A stretch of DNA of 64,000 nt from Rhynchobatus australiae (lineage: Eukaryota), in contig JAUZTB010000062.1 in NCBI GenBank assembly GCA_034780895.1, forward strand, positions 25,399,719-25,463,718, given 5' to 3'. Position 1 is the first letter of the stretch, and every line of letters starts with the position of its first letter. Shown piece after piece: positions 1-12,400 of this stretch. The position numbers and the translations under genes are program-made. Under the pieces are notes generated by a model. That model worked only from the letters and a program-made list of their open reading frames with translations, had not been told where the DNA came from and did no database searches.

Positions 1-444
1 TACAGCACTAAGGATTTTGTGCCCTACCCAGGGATATTAATCATATATTAATACTCGTCATGGCTCATCTACCCATAGTCTACCATCACACTCTCTCCCG
101 TATAATTCTAATTATTTTCCCAGAACTTTGGGGTCTGAATTCATCTCTAGATGATCAAAGGGCATAACTAAATATCTGATGTTCGTCAACAATGTTGTAA
201 GTGCTTCACATTCAGTCCCCTTGATCACTGATTGTTTTTAAAAGCAAATGTGTAGAAGTTGTTTCACACCATTCCTTTGGTGTAATACAGTATTATATTA
301 ACATTGTTAGTGAAAAACACATAAAGAACAAGAACTTGAATTGTGAAGTTCACCGAACAATATTGTTGGGTTTCCCTGTGTGATGTTACACTGAAGTTGA
401 CACTGTTGGTTTCACCAAGCATTCCTTATTGAGGTGCTTGATAA

Positions 445-720
445 GATCTTTATTAGTCACATGTACATTGAAACACAGTGAAATGCATCTGTTTTGCATA
501 GTGTTCCGGGGGCAGCTCGCATGTGTCGCCATGTTTCTGGTGCCAACATAGCATGCCCACAACTTCCTAACCTGTATGTCTGTGGAATGTGGGAAGAAAC
601 CGGAGGAAACCCATGCAGTTACAGGGAGAACATACAAACTCCTTACAGACAGCGGCTGGAATTGAAGCCAGGTCGCTGACACTGTAATAGTGTTGCGCTA
701 AGCGCTACATTACCACGCTG
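445..720 (-). mobile_element. tRNA-derived V-SINE (HE1-like head and core)
   Basis: Minus strand reads A-box-like gtggtaatgtagcgcttagc, B-box-like ttcaattcc, then gtaaggagtttgtatgttctccc...gggtttcctccggtttcttcccacattcc. Homologous to the copy at 35958. Confidence 0.8.
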
Positions 721-3384
721 TTGCTAGTTCTCACAATTTGACAGCAAGAGCAATCTTGTAGGCAACTCTAAATGGGATATACAAGCAAAGCTCTTCCACC
801 TCCTGGGGGAGGCTGCTACTCAGTGAATTAATGCTGTAAATGTTGGGAGGGTAATGGAAGAAAATCCACAGGGCCAGAGGAAACTGGACGGGATAGTCCA
901 CATACAGGCATGTTCTTAGTGCATGGGAGCCTTGAGACCCTTCAGGGATTCAACCATCTGCTCCTGGCAAGAAATTTGTAAGGCAGCTTCTGTAAGCTCA
1001 TGACTGCTGTATAGGAGTGCCTACACTTTGGGGAAGCCTACAATGGAGGCAAACACCCATGGTCATTCTGCCTATTTTGAGATGAGGGAAAAATAGGATG
1101 AAGTTTCTTGTCCTTGATTATGAAATCTGAATGGACTCCTTAATACAACCGAGAGAGGTAAACCACAGAGGACATGCAAAATCAGCCTGGAATGATTGTG
1201 AGGTTAGGACACTGATAGCGACTGTAACCCTGAGCTCCACAGTCAAAGCAATCAATATGAGATTATATCTGAAGTCATAGGAAGTCCCAGATTTCAACAA
1301 TGACTAAGAATGCAGTTTGAGTAATGGTCCGTTCAATATGATGGTTTTAGGGGAAGCGGGCTGGTAAATTCTGACTGTTCTGTGAGTAAATAAGAATTTT
1401 CACTTTTCAGGTCAATTGAGTTGAGAATCTCACTGTTAGTAAATTTTACAATGTTGCAGTGCACCAGGAAATAGTGTGATGGAGTATAAAAGTCCCACCA
1501 AAAAATGAGAACAATAGTTTCCTGATGGGCACCAAGATGTTCAGAAATGTGTGCAAAATTGCTTTATTCTAACCTAATTTGATTTTCAACTGCATAGCAT
1601 CATGTCTTTTGATATTGTATGACTGAAGTTATTGACCTATTACATTAAAGAAAACAAATAATTCTACACTCAGCTTAATCTAGGAATTATTATTGTTTGT
1701 TGCCACTCCTGATCCATTCTCGGTTCCCTGGGATAACTACTCAAAGTATCAACAATTTTCTTTGGCAATTTTCTACTTTCTTCTTTCTTCCAAGAGGCAA
1801 TGGGACACAACGTAGTTTTCAAACATAAGGTAGCTGGAAAACATAAACATTTTTCAAATTTATAAATCCAAAGTGGTTGAGGACATTTTTGGGGCTCTTG
1901 GGTGAGACTTTTTAATATGTTCATTCAGGGCCTAATAACTTTTGGAGGAATCTTATGTCAATTAATCAGTCAAGAGTAGAGCAGTCAGGCCTATCTCCTG
2001 CAGGATTATTCATCCTTTGTAGATGTCATTCAAAGGTATGTTAATTGTTTTTTGTTTACTTAAATAAAAATCTTGCTGCAGAGTCAGAAAGTGCTCTCAT
2101 TGTCACCATAGTCGTGGTTATCATCCCTGATCCCACGCACACACCACAGTCCTTCCAATCACCCACTTGAATCCTCCCACCTGGAATTACAAATAGCCCC
2201 AGGAAGTGAGGGAACCAAACCTAGGTCCTGAGGCAAGTTGTTCAAAGAGGTTCAAATGGCATTGACACCTCACCGTGACGATGTAGATGACTACAAAGTA
2301 ACAAATCCTGGTAATCTTCAGTCTTCTTGCTTTGGTTATAAATTGTCTTCACAGCCCTGAAATCCAAACAGGGACTTCCCTGATCACATGACTGAGCCAG
2401 CCATTGTCTCGGTCACCTAACTATTAAGGAAGCAGAGTTGGTTGATTTTCCAAATTCCAATTCACACAGAGATGTTGAAACAAATGCTAATACACACAAA
2501 AAACCCTTTAAAACTGGCAAGATTGGAAAAAGGCACGCAGAACCTTTGGCATTATAGACAAAGCCATTGACTATAAAACTAAAACAAGTTATGCTAAACA
2601 TTTATAAATTATTTGTTGTGTCCAATCCCAGCCATTACATTTTAGAGAAAAATGTCAAGGTTTTGGAGAGAATGCAAAGAATATTTATGAGTGTGGTGGC
2701 AGGAACAAGCTCCTTCAGTTGTGTGAAGAGACACAGAAATCTGAGGTTTGTTCTGAGAGCAGAATTTAAAAGGGAATTAAATCCTCTTTGGAGAAAAGGA
2801 GACACAGTTTGCACTGGTTTGCAGGTTCTCTAATTGGAGGAAACAATTTTAAGGTGGTTGGAAAAAGCAAATGGAGAACAAATTCCCCTGTATGATTTAC
2901 CTTAAACCAAAATTCATTGCGTGAATTGGTAATGGGAGCAGACTCAACAGCAAATTGTGGAAGCGAATTGTAAAAGTGAACTGGAAGTGCTCATTAATAA
3001 CAATGAAATAATAGCCAATCATCAGCTTTAAATGTTGTCCTCAAGAACATCTCTGTTTCTTTTTGATGAGGGGAATGGGTCTTGACCCGAGAGGACAGAA
3101 AAGGCCTCACTTGAAAGACTGGGCTAATTTGCTCAAGTGCATTATAAAAACAATTTAAAATAAAACTTTACAAGTTATAAACACTTTTACGCCCACTTTC
3201 TCTTTCGCCATATCCTCCAATCATTGTCATACAGTACTTTATTTTTTTCTTTACTTCATACCAAATTAACAGCAATTTAGCTGGCACATTTTGTTTAGTA
3301 ACAATTTTAAAATATATGAATTACAGATGGTTTTTTTTTGGGTTTTTTTGCTGTTTCTTAAAGAGTTGAGAACATACGAAATAC

Positions 3385-3880
3385 AATTAGGAATAGACCA
3401 TTCACCCCTTGAGCCATTCACCCCTCTCATTCACCCCTCTGCTATTCAACGATTAAAACTGACCTGAACTATAGCCTGACTGCCACATTCCAGTTTGATT
3501 CCCCGACAAGCCACATATCTCTCTCAGCCTTAAGTAGATTTGATGACACATTTTTGAACATTCCAAAGATTAACAACACTTTGAGAGGAATTCCTCCGCA
3601 TTCTCAGTACTAACAGCCTCAGCTTATACCTTGAAACAATGTCGTCTAATTCTANNNNNNNNNNNNNNNNNNNNNNNNNNNNNNNNNNNNNNNNNNNNNN
3701 NNNNNNNNNNNNNNNNNNNNNNNNNNNNNNNNNNNNNNNNNNNNNNNNNNNNNNACCTTGAAACAATGTCGTCTAATTCTAGACTCCTCCCTCCAAGTAA
3801 AACATACAGTATCTTCCCTGGCGAGCTTCCCCAGAATTTTACGTTTTAGTAAATTCACTTCTCATTCTTCTCGACTCCAA
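3385..3880 (-). mobile_element. CR1 LINE 3' fragment
   Basis: ggaatagaccattca..ccc, ttccaaagatt..caac.ctttgagag, aattcactcctcattcttct..actcca pattern. Confidence 0.65.
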
Positions 3881-3949
3881 ACAGTCGAGAGACAACACAA
3901 AATTGGTGTGTTACCCTCTTGAAATTTGCTGCAAAAGTGGTTGATGTAT

Positions 3950-4360
3950 AAAAGAAGTTGAGCAGGTTGGGCCTCTATCACAGGAGTTTAGAAGAATGAG
4001 AGATGATCAATATATTCTGAGGGGCCTTGAGAGGGGAGATGAATGAGAGGACATTTTCCCTCATGGGGTAATCTAGAACCAGCGAGCACAGTTTCAAGGT
4101 TGCCCTTGAAGGTTGAGAGGAAGAATTTCTTCTCTCAAAGGACCATGAATCTTTTGTAAACTTCTACCCCAGAGAACTGTGGAGGTGGAGTTACTGAACA
4201 GATTCAAAGTGGAGACTGACACACAGTTGAACCACAAAAGAGTCAAGAGGTAAGGGAATAGAGTGGGAAAGTGGTGGTGAACCAAGACTGGACCAACCAA
4301 GATTTTATTGTGGGGTAGCAGGCTGAAGGGGCTGATTGACCTCCTCCTTGCTTCCGTTTC
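3950..4360 (+). mobile_element. CR1 LINE 3' fragment
   Basis: Degenerate RL..LGLY..EFRRMRDD coding pattern, gaggaagaatttcttctctca, and tail ctcctccttgcttcc. Confidence 0.75.
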
Positions 4361-4489
4361 TTTTGTGGACTTTTTCCAGGTTACCAAAGGCAATTGTTTA
4401 ATGTTCACAAGTGTTACTGCTGTGCTGCTTTAACTTAATGTTATTTCAACAAATGGAGATGCCGGACCACTCAACAAGAAGTTTCTTCT

Positions 4490-5450
4490 TATTTGTCTTT
4501 GGGATCAGGATAAGCATTTGTAACCTTGCCTAATTGCCCTTGAAAGAGTGGGAGTGAGTTACCTTCTTGAATTGCTGCAGTCCTTCTGGAGAAGATGCTA
4601 CCCCAATACTATAAGAAGGGTGTTCCATGATTTAGGCCCAGTGACAATAAAGGACCAGTAATGCATTTTCAAGTCAGGATGGTGTGTGACTTGGTGGAAG
4701 ACCTGCAAATGATAGTGTTCCCAGGCACCTGCTGCCCTTGTCCTTCTCAATGGCTGAGACTGTGGATTTGGGAGATGCTGTTGGTGTAGTGTAGGTAACT
4801 GCAGTGAATTTTGTAGATTTTTGCTGCCACTGTGTGCCACGAGGACTGTGTAGTGGCCATTTCTACCTTCACTGTGATTTGCCACCAGTGGATTGATGAG
4901 GACAGGGTCAAGTAGGGTTTTTTACTCACTACTTGCTGCACATCCAAAATGGCAGCTATGTTCTCCTGAATCCGGCCAGTGGAGGTATTACCAATCCACT
5001 CTTGGTGATAAACATTGAAGTCCCAACCCAGAATATATTTTGTGCCCCTGCTATTTTCTCTGCCTCTTCCAGGTGTTGTTCAACATGGAGGAGTACTGAT
5101 TCACCAGCTAAGGGAGGATGGTTCATGTCAATCAGGAGGATGCTTCCTTGCCCATGTTTGACTGATGCCGTGAGACAACACAGGGTCTAGAATCAACATC
5201 AAGGACTCCGAGGACTTCTCCTCTTGCCTATCAACACCGCGCCACCACCTCTGGCAAGTTTGTCTTGCTAGTGGGACAAGATTTACCCAGGGATTGTAAT
5301 TGAGGAGTCTGGCACATGTCTGTGAAGTATGGCTATATCACACTGCTGCTTGACTGGTCTGTGGCACAGTTCTCCCAATTTAGACGTTGGTCCCTGGATG
5401 TTTACGAGGATATCTTTACAAGGTCAGCTGGTCTTGGAGTGTCTTTCCCA
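4490..5450 (-). mobile_element. Degenerate LINE (CR1/L2 clade); 3' end at left, joined to an endonuclease-region fragment
   Basis: Tail ctgcagcaattcaagaagg..actcac...tcaagggcaattagg on the minus strand. The same family occurs on + at ~53290-53480. Confidence 0.6.
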
Positions 5451-8149
5451 TGTCTGAATTTGTTGCCTTGGTCAATGCAGGTGGTCTGTCCACTTTTATT
5501 CCTTCTCTATTTGAACGTAACAGTACTAGTCCAAGTAAATAGCTGGAGTCACATGTAAAACAGATCAGGCAAACGTCATGCCTCAAAAGGACATTAATAA
5601 TCTGGGTAAGTTTTTTTGACAATCCAATAGTTTTCATAATCATTACTGAGACTAATTGTTTCATTTTGTTTTCAAATTCCAGATTATTAACTGAATTTAA
5701 ATTTCACAGCCACCATGGTGGGATTTGAACTTGAGTCTCCAGGTTTCCTTAGAGATCCAGGAGTGAGCATGAGCGGCAGTGAGATAATTTGTTGCCAACA
5801 CAACTGCATGGTTTCCTTGTGGTAAGATGACAGGCCAAGTTATATGTATGTTTACTTTACTGTCATAAGCAGAAAGAAAGAAAAGCTTGTTAAATAATAT
5901 TGAAATTTCAATATTGACATTTTTAATATACTGAATAATCTTCATTGTTCTTAGATTCAGCTCCCAGGTAATGAAAGCAAACCAGAATGACTGAAGTTCA
6001 ATAAATGATGTGTCATGATTTTGCTCTTGGCATGGTTCTCAGTGACTCATGAATTTATCCAGCATTGAGTCATTTTGATTTAATAAAGGGAATTCTTCAT
6101 ATCTCCCAGAATAAGCCATGGAATTTCACACCCAATGACTAATGCCTTGATCAATCAAAAAAAAAAGATTTTACATAAATTACAAGCTTTTTCAAAGTAA
6201 AAGTTGAATGTTAATTTCTTCCCACAAAAAAGCATCTGATGTTTTAAGATGCTTAATTGTACTAAGGCTGAGAAACTAAACTGAATCGTAGAGATGCAGC
6301 ATACCCAATGGGACACTGCAACATATCAAGTGTTTTGCACTTATAAGGATGATTCCTGCCATGTCCTGGAGTAGAAAATCAGATGAAAGACTAATTGCTG
6401 TTCAAGCTATTGAGAGCTATGAGTATCTTGTACCTTGTGATTTCACATGATGTTGTTGAGTTAGAATATGACTATTAATATAGACAATTGACTGATGTGT
6501 TGAAACCTTGAGTCCCAGGAAACTTGTGGCAAAGAGAAGAAAATTACAAGGCAAAATTTTACAATAAGCCCATGATATTAAGCATAATTGTGTCATAATA
6601 TCTTTTCGTCTAATCTTTGGGATGGGAACTTTATTGCACAACCCTTATATCAACACATTCAACCTTTATTTATAACATTTTTGGAACACCTCCCTATGGT
6701 ATTCTATTTATGTTAATGCTTGTTGTTTCAAACAGAATACATAGACCTAGAGATATATATTATATAATCATACTTCCTTAGGTTTCATAGTCAGCTCATT
6801 GAATGAATTACAGACTGAAAAGTTGAGTAAGTAATCTATTCATGCTTTTAACCTTCAGGAAGTGGGTGACGTCCTGTGATTTTTGTCTGAAATCAGAACC
6901 GTTCCTCTAGTTAGGGGGTATGCAACCAGATTAATTTGTCCAATACAATCTGAATAAAACCTGCTGTTTAATAGCTGTGTCACAGATTTGTTAGTTGGTG
7001 TAACTGTTCTTTAATACTCTTGCGTCATTTTCACCTCTGCAAAGGGAGATGGGGAGCAAATGTCAGTCAAATGCTAGGAGCTCAGAGAGGCTGGCAGCAA
7101 TGTGAAATGCAAAGTGCTTCACAAGGTGCTGCCGCATTGAAATGAAGAAAGAATGAAGCTATTTGTGGGTGTCCTCAGAACTCAGCAAGTAGAACAAAAT
7201 AGACTTGAATTTGCTACTAACAGCAACTCGATGAAAGNNNNNNNNNNNNNNNNNNNNNNNNNNNNNNNNNNNNNNNNNNNNNNNNNNNNNNNNNNNNNNN
7301 NNNNNNNNNNNNNNNNNNNNNNNNNNNNNNNNNNNNNGATACAAGGAAGAGTGGAGTTATTACTGGGGTTTGTATCTATGCGATTTCTGTAAGCAAATTT
7401 GTTTTATGACTGGATTAATTTGTTTATACGGAGCATTGAATATTATTCAGTCGCTGCAGGAGTTTGTGTCCTTTAGTACAAAAGAGAAGCAAGGAGGGAG
7501 AACAAGAGTTAGTGTTTCAGACCTTTCATCAGAAGCATTCATGTTAAATTCTGTTTTTTTCTGCACAGAGACTGCTTGACCTGCTGCGTAATTCCAGCAT
7601 TTTAATTCAGCAACATAGTTAATGTTCTCTCAAAAGTCCTATAAAGCTCAGGGCAGACTGCTCGTTTCTCCTGTCCTTTGATCATCTCCACCGAAGCTGT
7701 GAAATAAACATCCGGTGTAGATTTCTCAGTCTGCTCTAACTAACATTTTAAGATAGAGAGATACACACCAGAATTTAATGGATCAAATTTCACCAAATCT
7801 TGTGTGTCTGAACCAGTAATACCGGAGTAGGAGCACGGTTCAACAGCTTCATAGAGGAGTGCCTAACACTCCCCATGACATTTGTAGACCTCTTAATGCA
7901 GCTCTTAGATCTAAAGAAAGGATGGGTATATTCACAAGGGATGTGACTGTTGCCTGAATTATTGGATCCTCTGATATATTCACCCTTGGAATGTAATACA
8001 AAGCTAACAGATTCCTCTGGCTTCTCTGGAATCATTGACAGAAAACGTAAAGAGCCCCTTCTTGATGGATGAGGCATTTCAAATACAAACAAATTCCATT
8101 GCCTGTGATCATCAACCCTGCATCAAAAATGTCAACAGCCAGCTCCTGA

Positions 8150-8680
8150 GGACAACAGAAATGGAAGCACCAGAAGGCCATTTGGGACCTGATCTATGCT
8201 CCACCACTCAATAAGATCCCAGCTGATTTTTTTTTATCTCCGCGGCACTTATCCCTTGATTCCCTCCCTATCCAAAAATCTATTGACCGCTGTGTTGCCT
8301 TAAGAGGGAGACCAGACCTGTACACAGCATTTCAAAGTCTGAACAAGGCTCTACATCAATTCATTAATACAACTTATTCTTGTACTCAAATCTTCTGGCA
8401 ACATACCATTTGCCTACTTACTTGTTTGCTGTACCTGAATTTTAATTTACAGAGATTTGTGTACAATGATGTCCAGGACCTTTTGAACTCCAACACCTTC
8501 TAACCTCTCGGCAGTTAGAAAATACCATGGCTTTCCATTTTTTTCTATCAGAGTAGAGGAGCTCATGCTCTTCTATAATGTATTCCATTTGTCACACCCT
8601 TGTCCATTTCACTTCACCTGCCTACATCCTCTTGAAGCTTCTTTACATCATCCTCCCTTGTCACAATGTCACCTGCTGTT
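8150..8680 (-). mobile_element. Degenerate CR1 LINE fragment
   Basis: aaggccatt...ctccacca.tcaataagat tail and ccagac.tgtacacagcatt.caa (reverse complement of LE.CVQ.W). Confidence 0.65.
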
Positions 8681-9059
8681 GTAATATAAGTGTTTCACAT
8701 ATTGATGTGTTCATTTGGGAATCGGCAGGAATGTGAACAAGCTCCAAGAACAGGCATCCTGCTGAATAGTGATGCACGCTCTACAAGCTACATGTCTTGC
8801 TTCATGTTTCTGTTTGTTATCTTCTTACTAATTTATTAAAGAAAACTGATAAACTCTCACGTGCAGTCTTATTTACTATGGTAGCAAGGATGATTATAGG
8901 AAAGATGTGAGTCTGTGTGATTGGCAGGGATGGGGTGATGAGGGTGCAAACCTGAAAATTATGGGAATGCCAAGGTCCTGCCAAGTTTAATGGCAGAACC
9001 TCACCATCCCTTCTTAATTCTGGTTTCTAGGCACAGCTAGCCAGATTGGTAGGAAGGAG

Positions 9060-9330
9060 ACACAAGAGGCTGCAGATGCTGGAATCTACAGCAACAATCA
9101 ATCTGCTGGAGGAACTCGGCAGGTTGAGCAGCATCTGTGGAGGGAAAGGAATTGTCAATGTTTCAGGTCGAAGCCCTGCATCAGGACTGAGAGTGGAGAG
9201 GGGAGGAGATCGGTATAAAGAAAAGGGTGGGAGTGGTGAGACAGGAGCCTGAGGTGATTGGTGGATTGAGGCAGGGTGTAAGATGACAGGCAGTTGCGCC
9301 AGGAAGGGGAGGAGGTTGGGGGTTGAGTTG
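9060..9330 (-). mobile_element. Penelope-like element terminal (pLTR) fragment with hammerhead-like core at 9160-9184
   Basis: Minus strand reads CTGATGc agggcttcgacct GAAAC attgac...cacagatgctgctcaacctgccgagttcctccagca. Confidence 0.65.
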
Positions 9331-9342
9331 AGAGACAGTGGC

Positions 9343-9440
9343 AGGGGAACATGCAACTCCACACAGACAGCAGAGGTCAGAATTGAATGCGGGTCTCTGG
9401 GACTGTGAGGCAGCAGCTTCACGAGCCGCATACAGTGCCT
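9343..9440 (-). mobile_element. tRNA-SINE head fragment
   Basis: Minus strand reads gctgctgcctcacagtcccagagacccgcattcaattctgacctctgctgtctgtgtggagttgcatgttcccc. Confidence 0.7.
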
Positions 9441-12400
9441 GTAGGGGGTGCAATGATACTTGATTCCCTTCACTAAAAGATGCCAGTTCTCCTCACCACC
9501 CAATCCCCCAGCTCCTCCCCCAGTCTCCCACTTGTTTCTCTCTTTTTACAACAGAACACCTATTTTGAAATACAGAGCTAAGATGAAAGGCAAGTGTAAA
9601 CTAAAGACAGACATCATCTAAAAACAAGATACTGATTTACCTTGTCTTTTTTTATTCCGCTCGGAGTTCTTGCACTGTTGTTCTTTGTCTTTCACCTTAG
9701 GTGTCAATAAGAAAAATCGCAAGTTCCCTCTAACATAATTTATATGAGCACCAACAACGAGAATTACAGACTCCTTTTGCTCCACTGGTCAGATTCAGGT
9801 TGCAATCTGCATGGAATTTAGTGCTGGATTGTTGAGAATAAAAACCTTCTGTATAATCTTAATGAGGCAATACCACAAATGGACTTATGGCGTGGGACCA
9901 GCACTAATTAGGTGCAAGGGAGTTAGTGAGCCAAATGTGATTAAAAGAATCAAACAGAAGAGCAGGAGCAATGGCCTCAGCTCCACAGATGCAACTGTGG
10001 GACATTATGCTTTGGGGAAGTTCACTTCCATTAGGCTCATTCATTTTGTTTTGCTTTCATTTCAAAAACAGCATGCAGGTTTCTTTATCAATACCGGGTG
10101 CCTTTTTAAGACTGAACAAGAAATCAGGTTTAGGCAGTTAACCAACACTAAGCATTGTGACAAATATTCTGTTGATTTACACAAACTAGGACATTGTTAG
10201 CCCAATTTAAATTAAGAGCACCTTTGATGTCAGGCGTATACGATAACCTCAAAAAACATTTAAAATCAGTCATCAATTGATGGCAATAAATATTGACTAC
10301 AACCTGATTAATGAGATTATCATGGACTATACAATTAATATTTGTAGTTTGGTTTAGTTATAGATTATGTATTGAATCTAAATTAAAATCTATATTCCAC
10401 AAACATTGTAGCCCTTGACAGTTAAACAATGTGTAATGTAATTACCCTGTGCTACAAAATTGTGATTAAAATCTCCTTTTTTGGAAAAAAAACTACCTAA
10501 GGTAGGAGCAATCCTTTGCCTTCTGTCAGACAATTATAATTGTGTGAACAGAAGGTGACGTTGGCCTCTTCAGCGGATGTCCTTCAACATGCACATTCAA
10601 CTGTGACTCTCTCAAGATGAACAATACATAATTGGATCTTAACTCAATAAGAATGGGTTAGGGTGTGGTGCATCTAAATAAAAGTAAAATGTTCTCATTG
10701 ATGTAAGTGAGTGACAGGAAATGTTAACTAAGTATTTCTAAGAAGCACTCGGTACAAACTGACTAATTCCTTTATCATATCAGAAAGAGCAGCAGCTTGT
10801 TGAGCCTTTTCTGCCATTTAGTGACTAATATGAATTAACCTTGGCATCAACTTTACTTCCCCGCCTGTTATCCAGACCCTTGACTCCCATATTCAATGAC
10901 TCAGCCACCACTGCTCTCGGTTGAGAATTCCAAAGATTCAGATGCCGTTAAAAGAAGCAATCATGTTCATAACCTGCCAGCAAGTCATTTTAAAGCTTAA
11001 GCATGCCTCCCTGTGAAAATATGGATTCACAAACATGTCATTAATTAAATAAATACTCTTTGTATTGTTGGAGCTTAATTAATTGGAACAGTAATACACG
11101 GAATTCATTCAGTTTTTATCATCAGTCTGAAAAAGACATGTTATATTAATTATGATTCCACTGGTAGGTCATTGACGTGAAGCCTTTACTCTGCTTCTCT
11201 CTACACAGATGCCCTGAAGAGTATTTCCAGTATTGTCTGTTTTTATCTCAGATATCCAGTATCTGCAATGTTTTCTTTTTATTGTAGTGGGAATCACAGA
11301 CAGACCAGAACTTAAGGAGAAGCAGTTTCGAGTGATTATCTTTTGAGTTTACAAAGGGTGGAGAATGGAGGCCATAAAAGGTATATTAAAAAATTGTGCT
11401 TGTTGCCAACAACAAAAGGGTGGGTCATTACAGCATCAGTTTGTAATTACACTTGAGCAATACCACGAACTATCTGCTTTATATGGTGCACACAAGTAGT
11501 TGCACTCTTTGTACATGCTAAATGTTCAGTGTGCTGCTGTGTACTCATCCAGTGGTCCTTGGTATTTGAATCTGTCACCATTTGCTTGAATTAGTTTTGT
11601 CACTCTGGTGCAGACTAAACTACATGTTTGTAAAAGAGTAATGCATAACAAAGAACATACAGGGGAGACAAAGGTAAGTAAAAGGACAAAACAATTTTGG
11701 TATCTATCAAGTACAATTTGTATCCACAATGGAGACAGAGGAATTCAATGGATTGCAAGATTAGATGGGAACCAGATTGTGTCTGTATTCTATCTGCTGA
11801 ACATGCTGGATGACATTTTCAAAGCCAACCAGGAATCCTAACATCCAAGCTTACTAAGAGGGAAGATCTTTGGTGAAGAGAAAATCAAAAAATGCTGTCA
11901 ATCCTGTGATCAGTTAACTCTGTTTCTCTTTCCACAGATACAGCCTGACCTGTTGAATATATCCAGTGTTTTCTGTTTTTACTTTAGCTTTCAAGTATCT
12001 GTAGTTTTTTTTTATTTTCACATTTTGGGTGAAGAGATCTTTTGGAGGACAAAGTTTCAGTTGTGATTTCTACCTTATCTTTACATAACAAGAATTTTTG
12101 CTGCTTTTTTGTGCTTGTCAATATATTTAAGAATGACCACTCTCCATATTATTATACTGAGGAGAAGAGAAGGATGAATGGAATTATTCCAGGAACATTC
12201 AATGGCCCAAGAAATCCTACTACTCGACTTATTTAGATAAAGTGCTGGGCCTTTCTTTTCACAAAGGAAGCTGCAAAAAACACCTGATGACTGCCTAATG
12301 AAACAGTATGCTGGGTGGCTATTCAGACACATCCCAATCATAACATCTCATGCTTTACATGGTAATTTATAAAAGTTATGTTAATGACAACATTGTCTAA

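Noticed and set aside
3628-3781. 27-bp direct repeat flanking gap 3655-3754
   Set aside because: Exact duplicate on both sides of a 100-N gap within a CR1 fragment; typical unmerged contig overlap.
9027-9503. 158-aa minus-strand ORF
   Set aside because: Made of SINE and Penelope-type non-coding repeat sequence.
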